From the human T2T-CHM13v2.0 reference genome, Homo sapiens: 64,000 bases of DNA. The notes below the pieces were generated by a model, which was not told the DNA's origin, did no database searches, and was given only the letters and a program-made list of their open reading frames with translations. The DNA lies in NCBI RefSeq assembly GCF_009914755.1, contig NC_060930.1. One strand, given 5' to 3'. Made by a program: the position numbers and the translations under genes. Below are positions 1-18,566 of the stretch, one piece after another. How positions within the stretch are numbered: position 1 is the first letter of the stretch; each line of letters opens with the position of its first letter.

Positions 1-756
1 GGGCTTGACTTGTTCTGTCAGTCCTCACTCCCATGGTTTGTGCTTTTTAAATATTATCCCATATATTTGAAGGGTAAGACTTCAAATTATTTGAATATCT
101 AGCCAGGGCCTCTCATTTCTACTTCAGTCTTATATCTCCCTACCTCCTCAATATCCCTACTTAGATGGTTAAAAATAAAGTGCTTTGGGGGAAATATAAA
201 GTTAGTTTGCATTTAGCTAGTATCATAGTATCACAGAATTTCATCAAAATTTTGTTACTGTAGAAACAGTAACAATATGACTGAAACCTAAATCCCAATG
301 TTTGTTCAAACCATCTCTCTCTATAAAACATCACTTTCATATTCATATCTAACATCTAATTCTTCTTACTACTATGATTTCTGAGTCTCCTACCTCAGCT
401 TCCATTCCAATGAACACATTAAAAGTGAAAAACCATATATGTGATTCAACCACATATACAAATACATATGCATGTACATATTAAATTGAAAGATTATAGT
501 GACAGAAAATCTCACTTACATTTAATTTCAAGAACTCAACGAATTATCACATGCAAAATAAACCAATTTGCCATTTATCTTTATGGTGGTAATTCGTTGT
601 TTTATAAAGCATCTGAAAAGGGATAGGACTGAGTTTCTGTTTGTTTCTATTGAAAAACTAAGGGGTAATGCAAACTGAACACTCATTAAATATATATACA
701 CACATAATATATATGCAGACATTATATTAATATATTTATGATTATAATATTTAATA

Positions 757-912
757 TTGAAAACATTCCCATGAGATAGGCGATTTATGGTTTATATTGG
801 GTAAGAAAAGCAAAGACTAAGCTTAAGAAACGCATGCAAGGTAATATAATTTGGAAATAGTAAATCCACAATTCAAACCTCAGCTATCTAATTTCTAAAA
901 TGTGTTCTTAAC
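757..912 (-). mobile_element. MIR SINE, degraded
   Basis: Resembles antisense MIR core (aagcttaagaaacgcatgcaaggt...attcaaacctcagctatctaatttctaaaatgtgttcttaac). Confidence 0.45.
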
Positions 913-2052
913 TTCTGAATTACTTGGTAAGATATCCCAATGTTTAAGAACGAAAAAAAAATAGTACTTTTGAAGAAATCTAGATAATATCCAACCTCGT
1001 TAAATTTACTCCCTATAGAGATATTCTTCAGATGCTGAAAGAAATGTTTCCTTTGCCTTTATTTTCTTACCTATATCAATTTTGGCATTCAGGGCCATGT
1101 TAGGGCTTAGGATATAAATTGTATGTCTGTAAAAATTTCCATTCTGTTAATGTCTTTTATGTGGCAAATTACTCTTGTTCCTTATTATGGTCTATGAGTG
1201 TAATGATTGGGTAATGATATCCAATATTCTGAATCATTTTGTGTATATACACCATATGCATGCAAATTCAATTTGCCTCATACTTTGCTCTTTAATTTGC
1301 ATTTTCATAGAACTAGTTGAGTATTATGAGGTAAAATTATATTGACTGATTTCAATATCTTAAAAAGTTAAATCGTCATTATATGGGAAATGTTTTAAGC
1401 ATTAATTATAAATGAATCATAAAAAAATTCTCAAGGCACACATCTTGAGTTATAATGTGATAATAGCTACATGTACTAAAGATTTATATTAGAGTTGCAG
1501 TACATAACCCATGCTTTGATTAAAAAATTAAACAGTGATATCAAAAGGAAATAATTCATTTTTTAACTGGAAATACCAATGTAAATATATTAATGTAATT
1601 CTAAGCCAGTACAAATTAGATACAAATGGCATAGCTATATAATGACATCAAAAATCAACATACACCAAGTGCATGCCTATGTAAAAGCATTAACAATTTT
1701 TATTTAACAAAAATATAACATTTATTCCCACTAACATTTTTAAAAAACATAATAAATATAGGCTCCTTATCTGAATAATTAGAAATCATACATGTTCTAG
1801 CACAAGACATTTGCCCTTTGGCTTCTGGTTAAAAAACTCTGAGGATTTACAAACCAAAGGGCTGGTATCAAATCATGGAGTTGAGACTTTCTAGACCTAC
1901 ATAAACATCCTGGCACTACACCAAAGTCTAGGTAAATATACAAAAAGTGTCATATTTGAGAAATTACAGGTAAAAGAAACAGGATGAACAAAGCTTTAGG
2001 CATAAAAGAGCATGTTGAGGGTAGAAGTACATGTGCAATTGGTTTTATTTGA

Positions 2053-2515
<463 letters not shown>

Positions 2516-2900
2516 TAAGTCCTACTTACACACACAAAAAAATAAGTAGAAAGTGAACAAAACCAAAGCAAAATAGACTTAAGTAACAAGTATGAATGAG
2601 CCATGTGTCCCAAAAAATATATTAAAAAAAAGACTATGTTTCACAAAGTGAAAGAGTTTTATTCTTGGAAGAGTTAAGATGAGAATTGAATGTTTTCATT
2701 GTGAAGTGGTAACTAAAAGATAAAGATTGATTTCCAAAAGAGGAATTATAGTAAATGGATTGTATTGAAGGATGTGTTGAAGGTGGCAACTGGAATTCTG
2801 CATGAGAAAAACCAAAAGTGGGCAGAAAAAGAAAAAGACAAGAAAGTATTGAGTCTGCTTATGCTGAATAAAATAAGACATTGTATTAAAATATGCTTTA

Positions 2901-3101
2901 CAGAGTTTGAGGTAAGCCTGGAAAGCATAGCAAGACCCCATCTCTACCAAAAATAATTAAAAAAAAATAAGCCTGGTGTGGTAGCACACACCTGTAGTCC
3001 TAGATACTCAGGAGGCTGAGACACGAGGATCACTTGAGCTTGGAAGGTTGAGGCTGCAGTGCACTCCAGCCTGAGCAACAGAGTGAGACCTCATCTCAAA
3101 A
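2901..3101 (+). mobile_element. 5'-truncated AluJ with an internal deletion of about 20 bp
   Basis: gaggatcacttgagc and gaggctgcagt J-type motifs; gcagt joined directly to gcactccagcc. Confidence 0.85.
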
Positions 3102-3127
3102 TATATGTGTGTGTGTGGGTGGGTGGG

Positions 3128-5436
3128 TGTATTAGTCTTTTCTCACACTTCTATAAATAACTACCTGAAACTGAGTAATTTATGAATAAAATAAGTTTAG
3201 TAATTCACAGTACTGCAGGTTTAACAGGAAGCATGGTTGGAGAGGCCTCAGGAAAGTTACAGTTATGGCAGAAGGGCAAAGAAGAAGCAAGCACCTTCTT
3301 CACATGGTGACGGGAGACAGAGAGAGTGAAGGAGGTCATGCTACACACTTTCAAAAACAACCAGATCTCATGAGAACTCTATCATGAGAACAGTAAGGGG
3401 GAAGTCCACATCCATGACTTAATTACCTCCCACTAAGCCCCTCCTTCAACATGTGCGGATAACAGTTTGACATAGAATTTGAGTAGGAACACAGAGAAAA
3501 CTATATTATTCCACCCCATCCCCTCCCAAATCTCATGTCCTTCTCACATTACAAAACACAGTCATGCCTTCCCAACAGCCCCCAAAATTTTATCTCATTC
3601 CTGCATTAACTAAAATGTCCAAGGTCAAAGTCTCATCTGAGACAAAGCAAATGACAGTTACTTCCAAGATACAATAGGCACACAGGAATTGGGTAAATGC
3701 TCCCATTCCAAATGGGAGAAATCGGCCACAACAAAGGGGGCTACAGCGCAGTCATTAAATCTTAAAGCTCCAAAATAATCTCCTTTAACTCCTTGTCTCA
3801 CATTCAGGCTACACTGATGCAAGGGGTGGGCTCCTAAGGCCTTGAGCAGCTCTGCCCCTGTGGCTTTGTAAGGAACAGCCACCGCAGCTGCTTTCACAAG
3901 CTGGTGTTGAGTCCTTGCAGCTGTTCCAGGTGCACAGTGCAAGCTGTTGGTGGATCTACCATTCTGGGATCCGGAGGATGGTGACCCTCTTCTCACAGCT
4001 CCACTAGGCAGTGCCCCAGGGGGGACTCTGTGTGGGGGATCCAACCCCACTTTCCCCCTCTGCACTGCCCTAGTAGTTCTTCATGAGTGCTCCTCCATGG
4101 AGCACTCCTGGATGTCTGGAAACATCCAGACATTTCTATACATCCTCTGAAATCTAGGCAGAGGTTCCCAAACCTCAACTCTTGCCTTCTGCACACTGCA
4201 GGCCCAATACCACCAAGCCACCAAGGCTTGGGGCTTGCACCCTCTAAAGCAACAGCCTGAGCTGTACCTTGGCCCCTTTTAGCCATGGCTGGAGCTAGAG
4301 TGGCTAGGATATAGGGCATCATGTCCTGTGGCTGCACAGAGCAGCACAGTCCTGGGCCCAGCCCATGAAAACATTTTTCTCTTCTAGGCCTCCAGGCCTG
4401 TGATGGGAGAGACTGCTGTGAAGGTCTCTGACATGTCCTGGAGACATTTTCCCCATTGTCTTGGCTATTAATATTCAGCTCCTCTTTACTTATGCAAATT
4501 TCTGCAGCCAGCTTGAATGTTTCCCCAGAAAAAGAGTTTTACTTTTCTACCACATGGTCAGGCTGCAAATTTTCCAAACTTTTCTTCTCTGCTTCCCTTT
4601 AAATATAAGTTCTGGTTTCAGATAATCTTTGTTTACGCATGTGAGTGCACACTTTTAGAAACAGCCAGGTCATGTCTTGAATGCTTTGCTGCTTAGCAGT
4701 GTTTTCACCAGATACCCTAAATCATCTCACTTAAATTCAGAGTTCTACAGAACTCTAGGGCACAGGCAAAAAGCCACCAGTCTCTTTGCTAAAGCATAGC
4801 AAGAGTGACCTTTACTCCAGTTACCAATAAGTTCCTCATCTCCATCTGAGGCCACCTCAGCTAAGACCTCTTTTTCCATGTCACTATCAGCTTTTTGGTC
4901 AAAATAATTTAACAAGTCTCTAGGAAATTGCAAACTTTCCCTCATCTTCCTGTCTTCCAAGCCCTCCAACTGTTTTAACCTCTGTCCCTTACCCAGTTCC
5001 AAAGTCACTTCCACATTTTCAGGTATCTTTATAGTACTGCCCTACTCCTGGTGCCAATTTTCTATATTAGTTTGTTCTCACACTGCTATAAAGAACTATC
5101 TGAGGCTGGGTAAATGATGAAGAAACAAGGTGTAACTGACTCATAGTTCTGCAGGCGTAACAGGAACCATGACTGAGAGGCTTCAGTAAACTTACAATCA
5201 TGGTGGAAGACAAAGAAAAATCAAATGCCTTCTTCACATGGTGGCAGGAGAGAGAGCAAATGGGGAAATACTACACATTTGTAAATAACCAGATCTCATG
5301 AGAACTCCATCATAAGACACCAAAGGCGAAGTCCACCCCCATGTTTTAACCACCTTCCACCAGGCTCCTCCTTCAACATGTGGGAATTACAATTCAACAT
5401 TAGATTTGGGTGGGGACACAGAGCCAAACCATATCT
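3128..5436 (-). mobile_element. Complete THE1D-type MaLR element: LTR 3128-3508, internal 3509-5062, LTR 5063-5436
   Basis: Two direct repeats of about 375 bp reading tgtattagt...aaaccatatc flank about 1.55 kb of THE1 internal sequence; ORFs 3658-5014 translate to typical MaLR-internal peptides. Confidence 0.92.
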
Positions 5437-5542
5437 ATATCTATATCTAATCTATATCTATATATGTACCTATATTTATATCTATATTTATCTGTAATCT
5501 TTATCTGCATCTGTAATGTATATCTATATATATACACACACA
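5431..5542. repeat. (TATATC)n / (TA)n / (CA)n low-complexity tract
   Basis: Directly visible. Confidence 0.9.
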
Positions 5543-5605
5543 AATGAAATTTTGGTGGGGACACAACCAGACCATATGGATATGTATCTATCTATCTGTC
5601 TATCT

Positions 5606-5700
5606 AAAACCTGTTTATTTTTACATATGTTAATGTGGCTGCTAGTGAACTTCTAATTACATATGTAGCTGGCATTACATTTTTATTGGATGCCAGTCTT
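5606..5700 (-). mobile_element. MER33/MER3-type hAT-Charlie terminal fragment
   Basis: taatgtggctgctagtgaacttctaattacatatgtagctggcattacatttttattgga matches the MER33/MER3 terminus. Confidence 0.7.
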
Positions 5701-6507
5701 GAGTTAATCTATGACCTGAGTAAGGTCTCTGGTTTTCCTGAGCACAAACATTTGGACATGGTCAACCTCAGTTCAGAGACAGTCTATGACTGTTCCCCTA
5801 CCACATGCTATAGGTGCCAAACATCCCTGGTGCCGATTTTCATGGGGAAAGAGGGGAAAATAAGAGAATAGAGATTTTACTTGGATACTCATTTGTTCAA
5901 CACTTTTTGTCATAATTGAGTTTTTGTTTAACCATCTGGGTACATAGTGCATGAGTGTGAGTGAGATATGTTTGAAATATTAGATACTACCTATTTTTCC
6001 CTTTCCCTCTTTGCTCCAACACCCTCCCCCACACTGCATTTTCCAAGCATAGGTGTCCATTTTTATTGCCTCAGGTAAAAAAGTGATAATTAAGTAGAGA
6101 ATCAAGAAACACCTAACAACTGAAGCTTGTAGGAGACAGAAATGACTTGGGTGTAAAGGGTTTAAAGAAGTTGACAGGCCCTCAAGAAAAAGACAGATGC
6201 ATCCTGCTCCCTGAAATAAGCCTAAGGAGTGGCAAAAATAAACAGGCAAAACAAACAACTAACAAAAAGAAAACAAGGCAAACAAAAATATAACTTTTTC
6301 AGCTCTGTGTGGGGAAGATTCCAATAGGGCTCCAATGGATGCCTACTTTGTTCCAAGTAGAAAAACATCAAGAACCAGAATCTAGTGTTCCTCCCCAAAC
6401 AACGATTACATAAGTTGCATGAACTTAAATTATATCTTAGGGAGAAGGGAGGAGAAAAATTAATTGAGAATAAGTGTATACCATTATGGTTGAAATACCT
6501 TAAATTA

Positions 6508-6830
<323 letters not shown>

Positions 6831-6849
6831 CTATTTCCACCTAAAATGG

Positions 6850-9065
<2,216 letters not shown>

Positions 9066-9724
9066 AAGTTATTTTAGTTGTTCTGTAGTAATACAGTGAC
9101 ATTGAATACCACTAAAATATTTTAATTAAATTGGAAACACAAATCTTAGAGAGATTAGATTATAAACTATTTCTCTTTAGAATAAACCTGAGAGTAAAGC
9201 AGAAGTTGGTCACCTCCTAGAGGCCCGAGAGCATCAGCCTTGAATCCACCAATGGCAAATCACTAAAGAGGGTTCTTGGCTTCCAGAGATGATTGTGTCA
9301 ATTTCATATAGTTCTATTTCTTATGAATCTCATGCTGTAATTGGAACTTGTACAGAATATTAGCACCTGGCAGTTTTAGTGGTTTTCACTATATTTCTCA
9401 GGATCATACTCTGTTGTCTTTTTGATTCATTTTCTTTTGTTTAATCTATCTCACATAATCAAAATTCGACTAAAAAATGCAGGGACAATAGAACATCGTG
9501 GTGGGAACAATCACAATGTAGGAGTAAGAAAGATAATGAGAAATGCTTCATCCCACCATGGAAGGTTTTATAAGGATAGAAGCCCACAACTGGCTACCAT
9601 CCTCTGGGTGTACCTAAGGGACATATAATTTGGTGTTTATATCTAGAAGTTTGGTTTCATAGCTGTACTTCCTTGTAGTTCAAAATGTTCAAGAATTATA
9701 GGTACTAAGGAACTGTATGGCTTC

Positions 9725-10331
9725 TGTGATAGGCAGAATTCTAATGATGTCCCACCAAGATTCCTCTCCTATCTCTATTCAATTAAACACAAATGTACTT
9801 CTGTAAAAGGAACTAGCAGATGAAATAAGGTTTCAAACCTTAAAATATGGAAATTACCCTGGGTAATCCAGATGGGCCCAATCTAGTCACTTAAGCCCAC
9901 AAAGCAAGGAACTTTCTCTGACTGAGATGAGGATATGAGGTAAGAGAAAGATTGAAACTGTGAGAATAACACATGTCTCCATTCCTGAGTTGGAAGATGA
10001 AAGGAGCCTCCTCCTAGGCCATGAGTACTCTCTCCAGTTGCTGACAACAATGCACTGCTCACTGCCAGTAAGGAAACAAGAACCTCATTCCTACAGTGCT
10101 AACAGATGAATTCAGGCAACCAATTAAATGGGCTAGAAGCAGATTCATTCCTTAAGTCTCCAGAAAGAAACACAGGTCTGCAGATGCTTTGGTTTGAGTC
10201 TTGTGATACCTGAAGAAGAGGACCCAGTTACGTGACTCTCACCTAAATTCTGTGATACAATAAATTTGTTTCGTTCTAAGCCACTAAATTTGTTGGAATT
10301 TGTTGCAACAGCAATAAAAATAATGAATACA
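9725..10331 (+). mobile_element. MLT1E-family MaLR solo LTR
   Basis: tgtgataggcagaattctaa start; aataaatttgtt...taagccactaaatttgttggaatttgttgcaacagcaata...aataca end. Confidence 0.85.
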
Positions 10332-11452
10332 CCTCCTTCATAAAGTCTCAAGTAATTGGTTAGAGGGGAAGACACCCAAAGGAAAATTTTCCTCAGATTT
10401 GCTTTAAAGGGGATGAAGAGAAAAAGTTGAGATCTTCGTAATGAGTCTTCCTCCTTCAATAAGAATAGATGGACAACTATGTTTTGTTGTCATTCTTGTT
10501 GTTTATCAAAGAAAGAAGCTCTGTAATTATGAGCACAGATAATTTATTGTGAAGTATAAAATACAAAGATTCAATGCAGTAATTTATCTGACATTTGGAG
10601 AAGACTCTGGTAGGAAATTGGGGTAATCATAGAGTAAAGGGAATATAGAAAATAAAATGTTGCATAATTAGTTATAATAATGGGCAGCTAGAGATTAATC
10701 TAACAGGGAGATTGGGAAATGGAGTTAAACTTACTACTGAGAATTATTTTCCCTCTGCTCTTTAGGGATGTTAATTCCAAGGCACTTCTAGCCTGTCTTA
10801 AGTGTCAGCAGAAAAATCTACGCATTTCAGAAAAACCCTCAAGTCCAAAGATGGAGGCACTGGTACCTGGAAGTTTTCTAGTTCACACTAAAATGTTCAC
10901 ACCCGATGAAAATAGACAGGTCATGAACATTTCTGCTACACCACGTAAATGAAATAGAGCAATTTGGGGAAATTCAAAACAATTAAATATAGTCCGTGCA
11001 TTGTGGTACATACAGAAAGGCCTGTCACAGGCAGATAAATATTCCCATTATGAGAGTTTTGGAAAGCAAGTGCCTAATGGTGCTCCTTAGACTATGAACT
11101 CATATTTTTTAACCTTATCATGAAAGTCTGAGAAATTATTATTTTCTGTTCATTGTCTATGGCTTGTAGATTGCTAAATTCAACAAAGTGGATATGTATC
11201 ATTTTGACCTATTTAACATAGTTTATTGTTTTTACAATTCTCTCTAAACACTTTATTTTGTTTATTCTCTATTAGACTGGATCTTTCTTCTTAGTCTCCT
11301 CTGTTGGTCTGGCTCCACCACTGTAATTCTAAATGTTGGGATGCCTAAATTCTGATAGAACTCTTTGCTATCCTCACTTATTCAATATACAATCTCCTTC
11401 AGTTTTGTGGCTATGAAAAACATCTATAAGTTCATAGCCCCCCCGCCGTCCC

Positions 11453-11578
11453 TTTTTTTTGTAGAGACAGAGTCTCGCTGTATTGCTTAGGATGGTCTCA
11501 AACTTGTTGCCTCAAAGATCCTACTGCCTCAGCCTTCAAAAATTCTGGGATTACAGGTATGAGCCACCACCCCCAGTC
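11453..11578 (-). mobile_element. FLAM (free left Alu monomer)
   Basis: Single antisense monomer of about 125 bp: tttgtagagacagagtctcgc...gggattacaggtatgagccacc. Confidence 0.85.
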
Positions 11579-11589
11579 TAACACCCCAA

Positions 11590-11798
11590 ATATATGTATA
11601 TATTTAATACGTATACATATATACAAATACATATACATATATACAATGTATTTAAATACAAATATACATTATATTTAAATACAATGTATTTAATACATAT
11701 ACATATATACAAATATATATATAATACATATACACACACACACACACAAATACACACACACACAAATACACACACACACAAATACACACATACACACA
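11590..11798. repeat. Compound (TA)n/(TACA)n/(CA)n microsatellite
   Basis: Directly visible; explains ORFs 11578-11851. Confidence 0.95.
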
Positions 11799-13967
11799 CC
11801 CTGGACCTATTCTCAGAGCTGCAGACTGCTTTTTTGACATCTTCAACCTGAATATCTAACAGGTACTTTACACCTTACATGGACGAAAGCAAATACTAAC
11901 TTCTTCTTCACCAAACAATGTCTTTCTCTTCATTTTTTTTTTTTTTTTGGTGTTATGGAGGCATATTTTACAGTCACTTTGACTGCTTTCTTTCAGACTA
12001 CTCACATGCAAACTTTGTTACATGTGTGACCTCATCTCATTCTCTCTCACTTTCTCATCCCACTCTTTCCTTTTCGTCACATATACCAGGACTCATCTAA
12101 TCTCATGCTCTTTGCACTTGATCTTCTTGGCTGGTATCACCCTTCCGTTAGACCTTCAGATAGCCCTAGAATTTGTAACTTTACCTTCTTCATATCTTTG
12201 CTCATATATCTTGCAATCACTGAAGCCTTTCTTAAAGATACTACTCTTGCTTTATCTCTGAATTCAACCCTCCTCCTTCTGGGGCTTACCTGCTTCATAT
12301 TTATTTTCTTTTCCATGAATGTGGTTATGTGTGTGTATTTTACATAGGAGAATACATGTATACAAAATTATATAAGAATATATTTTACTAATTTAAGTGA
12401 GAGAATATATGTTGAGATTTTGGTCTGTTTTTGGTCTCTGCTTAATTCTCAATATCTAGAATAGTGCTTGTCACTTAGGAAATGCTAAATATACACTTTT
12501 TAATGAATTGCCAACTCATCACTTCTACAAGGGAGCTGGGATCCATATTATCTAAAGGCCAAAGTGTGTGTTTGGTGCCTTTGGGGGATAACAGAAGGAG
12601 TGTTGCTTATTCAGTCTTTACCTCAATTATTAAGAATTATTTATCAGAATAACTTTTAAATAGTTACTTAAAATTATGAATCTTATTAGAAGGAAGAAAA
12701 TGATTTATCACTTACTACAGTGAACCCTGAAAAGTAGTGACATGTCACACTACCATAATAAAAAACCTGTTCAAGACAAAAGATCATACATAAGCTAAAA
12801 TATAACTAGTTTTAAAATCAGTTTTGCATGAATCATTCTCAATGTCCCCCCATTATTAGAATGTATAGCCATTATATGCTATAATGTTTCCCTTAAAACT
12901 TCAATTTAATCCTAGTTTTACAAGTAATTATATATTAAATGCTCACCACCATTCATTATGCAGATATTGCTCTAGTCATTTTTGTTATCCAAATTTTGCT
13001 CTATAGTAGATTCTATAGGAAAGGCTCATGGAAAAAATATCTTCTGAGACTTTGTGTAGCAGTAGGAGTTTGCAAATGCCTTTTTACTCAAATGTCAAGG
13101 TTTTTAAAGCTGTAAAATCATTGCTTCAGATTTCATTTGCTTGAGTTTGTGAATATATTATTTCACATTTTTAGGGGATAAAGTGCCAAAGCGTTTGATG
13201 ATCTGTTTTTTTTTCTTTTGTAAATCACATGCCCATTGCAGCAATGCTCAAATCATTTTTTCAATCCTAGTAGTTACTGAAATATATCTTGGTGTTGGTT
13301 GTTCTGGATAGACATTCTGAAATTTAAGGTGTGTTTGTTCAATATGTAGTGTCAATTTCTTTCTATTATCATCAATTTTTGTTTGTTTTTTCATATTTTT
13401 TCTCTTAAGGCATTATTTGTTATGTTGATTTGCTATTTTGGTTCTTCTCATTTAATCTTCATGTCTAAAATGATTTTTTTCTTTCATTTCAAATGATCTC
13501 TTGAACCACATCACCTCATTCCTGAGTGTTTTCCCAATTCTGATATAATTTGTTCACTCAGGTCTTGTATTATTTTCTTAAGATCATTCAGTTTATTTTG
13601 AAATTTTTTTGACATATTAGGGTTTTGATTTGCTTATGAACATATATCTCATTACCTGTGTGATGTCATTTATAATCTCTTTTTTTCCTGTGGAAACATT
13701 ACATGGGATATGATGCTAATACTTTGTTGCTCATTTCAGCCGTAGGCTTGGTTCATATAGCTTTTACTACTTCACAGAATCTCCTTTCTATTATTTTTGT
13801 ACAGCCATAAAAATTATGGCACCTTGCTTTCTGATTTTCCTTGTTTACTCTGTTCCTTTACCCCAACTTTCTCCCACTAATTTTTCTTTAGTGTAGGACG
13901 CTTTGTTTGGAAGAGATCCTGAGTGAATCCATTTTGAGAGTTCATAGAAATTAAGCTGCTTCAGACT

Positions 13968-15864
<1,897 letters not shown>

Positions 15865-18437
15865 TAACACAGACCCTCTGCTTTTCTTCGCTACTGGAAC
15901 AAGCAACCCGCCATCTAAGTGGAGCCAGTGTTCTCAAATTCTTTCACCAAGTATTCCTGTGAACATCTCTGGACTATTTTTGGAATCTCCTTTCTTCAGG
16001 TCTGTCAATTATCCCTCCGTTTTCTCTTTTGCCTGTTCCAATAGCATGCCATACCTACGGCTATAGCTGCTGGCATTTTGAAGTTCATAGGGCCAGCTGA
16101 TCACTAATCTTTACATGTAAATGCTGTCCATCAGGTTTTTGTTGTTGGTTTTGGTGTTTTGATTGTTTAGCTTTTGCTATCTAGTTGCTTAGTATGTTTT
16201 TATGTGAACATTTGGAAAGATAAACAAACCGTACTGTCATCGACACTAATGTCTCAGAATCTTTGCCTTAAATGTTTAAGTAGGTGATTTTTCAATTTAA
16301 TTTATGGATATAAAATGCCTTTAAGTATCCACTTAAAATCTAGCTTTTCACTGATTTCAAGTAATCGTAAGTTTAGCCTTGTGGAAACTTTTCCGTTTAA
16401 ATCTAAGTAAAAACTTGGAGAACGAGCAAACCCATACAATACTTTTAAAATAAGAAATTCAAGCACAGAATCGAGGATGAAGCAGTACATATATTTTTTC
16501 CTATTTTAACCTCAGTGGGTTACTAAAAGCAGCAGTGCCTTTGCAATCAACCTTTTCTTCCCCCAGAAGAAGTGTATGAAGACAAAATGATAACCCCTGA
16601 GTTTCTGTACATCTTTCTGCTCCAGGAAGGGTTGTAACTCATCCCTTAAGGGGCTTGGCAAACTCTAGTTGCTTATCAGACATAGACTTCTTCCATCCCA
16701 AAGAACAAAGGAGAAAGGAGGTATACATATATCTTCCCAATCTTCCTATTTTAGATACAGATAATGAACCCTAAGAATCAAGGATTGGACTCTGGTGCAT
16801 CAAGCAGTACTGTGCTAAAATGACCCTGGAAAATACATTACTTTTTATTGCCTAGGCAAAAATCTCTCCAGGCCAGATATCCTCCCTTCTCCTACTGTGT
16901 GTCCAATGTATCCAAGATCCCTAAGTGCTGGGCATCAGACTTTCCTAAAATCCTTATGAAAATTTGCACATGCTGATTTAGGCTACCTGGTACTAAGCAG
17001 ATTACTTATTCTCCCTCTGACAACATTGCTTTCCTATTTGCCCTAGAAGAAAGAAATATGGGACAGAGTTCTTTCTCTGAGGTATATAGGTGTGGCATGT
17101 CCAGCAAAATACACTGAACCTAGCACATAGTGACAACAGGGAGATAATAGCACATTTTCACTCACTGCTGATCTTAGCATCTAAGTTTCCACGACAAAGC
17201 CTATTCCTTAAACAATGGAATGTGTGGATTTTGCCTTAAGCTCTGCTCTGCTGGATAACAAGTGTCAGCTGCAAAAAGACCCATGTCTGTCATACTGTAA
17301 ACACTCAAAATAAAATAAAAAGCATCATTAAAGTATTTAGCCAATCTCTTTGCACATCAAAAGTGCTCCATATATTTTAGTTCTGAGTTTACTTATGCTC
17401 CAGGTATAAAATTATCATCATTTGAACTGAAACTTTATGATGAATTTCTAATAAACTAATTTTAGAGAAGTTTTAGGTTCACAGAAAAACTGAGTGAAAA
17501 ACACAGCGATTTAGCATATCCTCCAGCCTCCCACCCCAAATTTCACATTATCAACATCTCTTACCAGAGGAGCATATTTGTTACAATCAATGAGCCTATA
17601 TTAATACATCATAACGCAAAGTTCACATTTGGGTTCACTTTTGGTACATTCTATGGGTTTTGACAAAAGTATGACATATATCCTCCATTAAAGTAACATA
17701 CAAAATATTTCACTATCTTAACAGTTCTCTGTGCTCTGCCTGTAGGTCCCTCCCTCCAAGCTTAGCCCTGACAACCACCCATCTTTTTTTACTGATGCCA
17801 TAGTCTTGCCTTTTCCAGAATGTCATATAGTTGGAATCATACAGTATGAACACTTTTCAGTTTTGTTTCTTTTTTTAGTAATATGCGTTTATGGTTTCTC
17901 CATCTTTTCAGAGCTTGATAATTTATTTTTAGTGCCAAATAACATTTCATTTTCTACGTGTAACACCATTTATTTACCCATACACCTATTGAAGGACATT
18001 TAGTTGCTTTGAAGTTTTGGCAATTATGAATAAAGCTGCTATAAATATCCATGTGCAGGTTTTGTGTGGAATACATTTTCATCTTTTTGGGGTAAATACC
18101 AAAGTGCATGTTTGCTAGATTGTATTATAAGGGGGATGTTTAGTTTTGTAAGAAACTGCCAAAATGTCTTCCACAGATTGTAACATTGCATTCCCCCCAG
18201 CAATGAATGAGAATTACTGCTCCACAACTTCACTAGAAGTTGATATTGTTAGTGTTCTGGATTTGGGCCGTTCTAATAGGTGTGCAGTGGTCTCGTTATT
18301 GTTTTAATTTGCATTTTCCCAATGACATATAACACGGAGCATCTTTTTGTATCCTTATTTGCCATGTCTTCTTCATGTTGTATCTGTTCCGGTCTTTGGC
18401 CTAGTTTTTAATTGAGTTGTTTGTATTCTTATTAAGT

Positions 18438-18566
18438 TATTTTTTATGTTTTTGTAGAGATGAGATGTCACTATGTTGCCCAGGCTGGCCTCAAACTCCT
18501 GGCCTCAAGCAGTCTTCCTGCTTCAGCCTTCTAAAGTGTTGGGATTACAGGTGAGCCACAATGGCT
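18438..18566 (-). mobile_element. FLAM
   Basis: Antisense monomer; TSD core ttcttatt on both sides. Confidence 0.85.

Larger units (their letters stand above)
11280..12510 (+). mobile_element. L2 3' region, interrupted by a FLAM and a microsatellite
   Basis: L2 motifs tctaaatgttgg, gacatcttcaacctgaatatctaacagg, and tail tctagaatagtgcttgtcacttaggaaatgc...aatgaat. Confidence 0.75.

Noticed and set aside
3658-5014. ORFs of 89-135 aa as genes
   Set aside because: They lie within THE1 internal sequence and are decayed MaLR frames.
11578-11851. CV/HT/YI-rich ORFs
   Set aside because: Translation of a microsatellite.
16500-17342. GC-richer segment with a TATA-like gtatatagg (about 17082) and an A-rich end, as an old LTR or retrocopy
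   Set aside because: I could not match a family, LTR termini or a TSD; a Dfam or BLAST search is needed.
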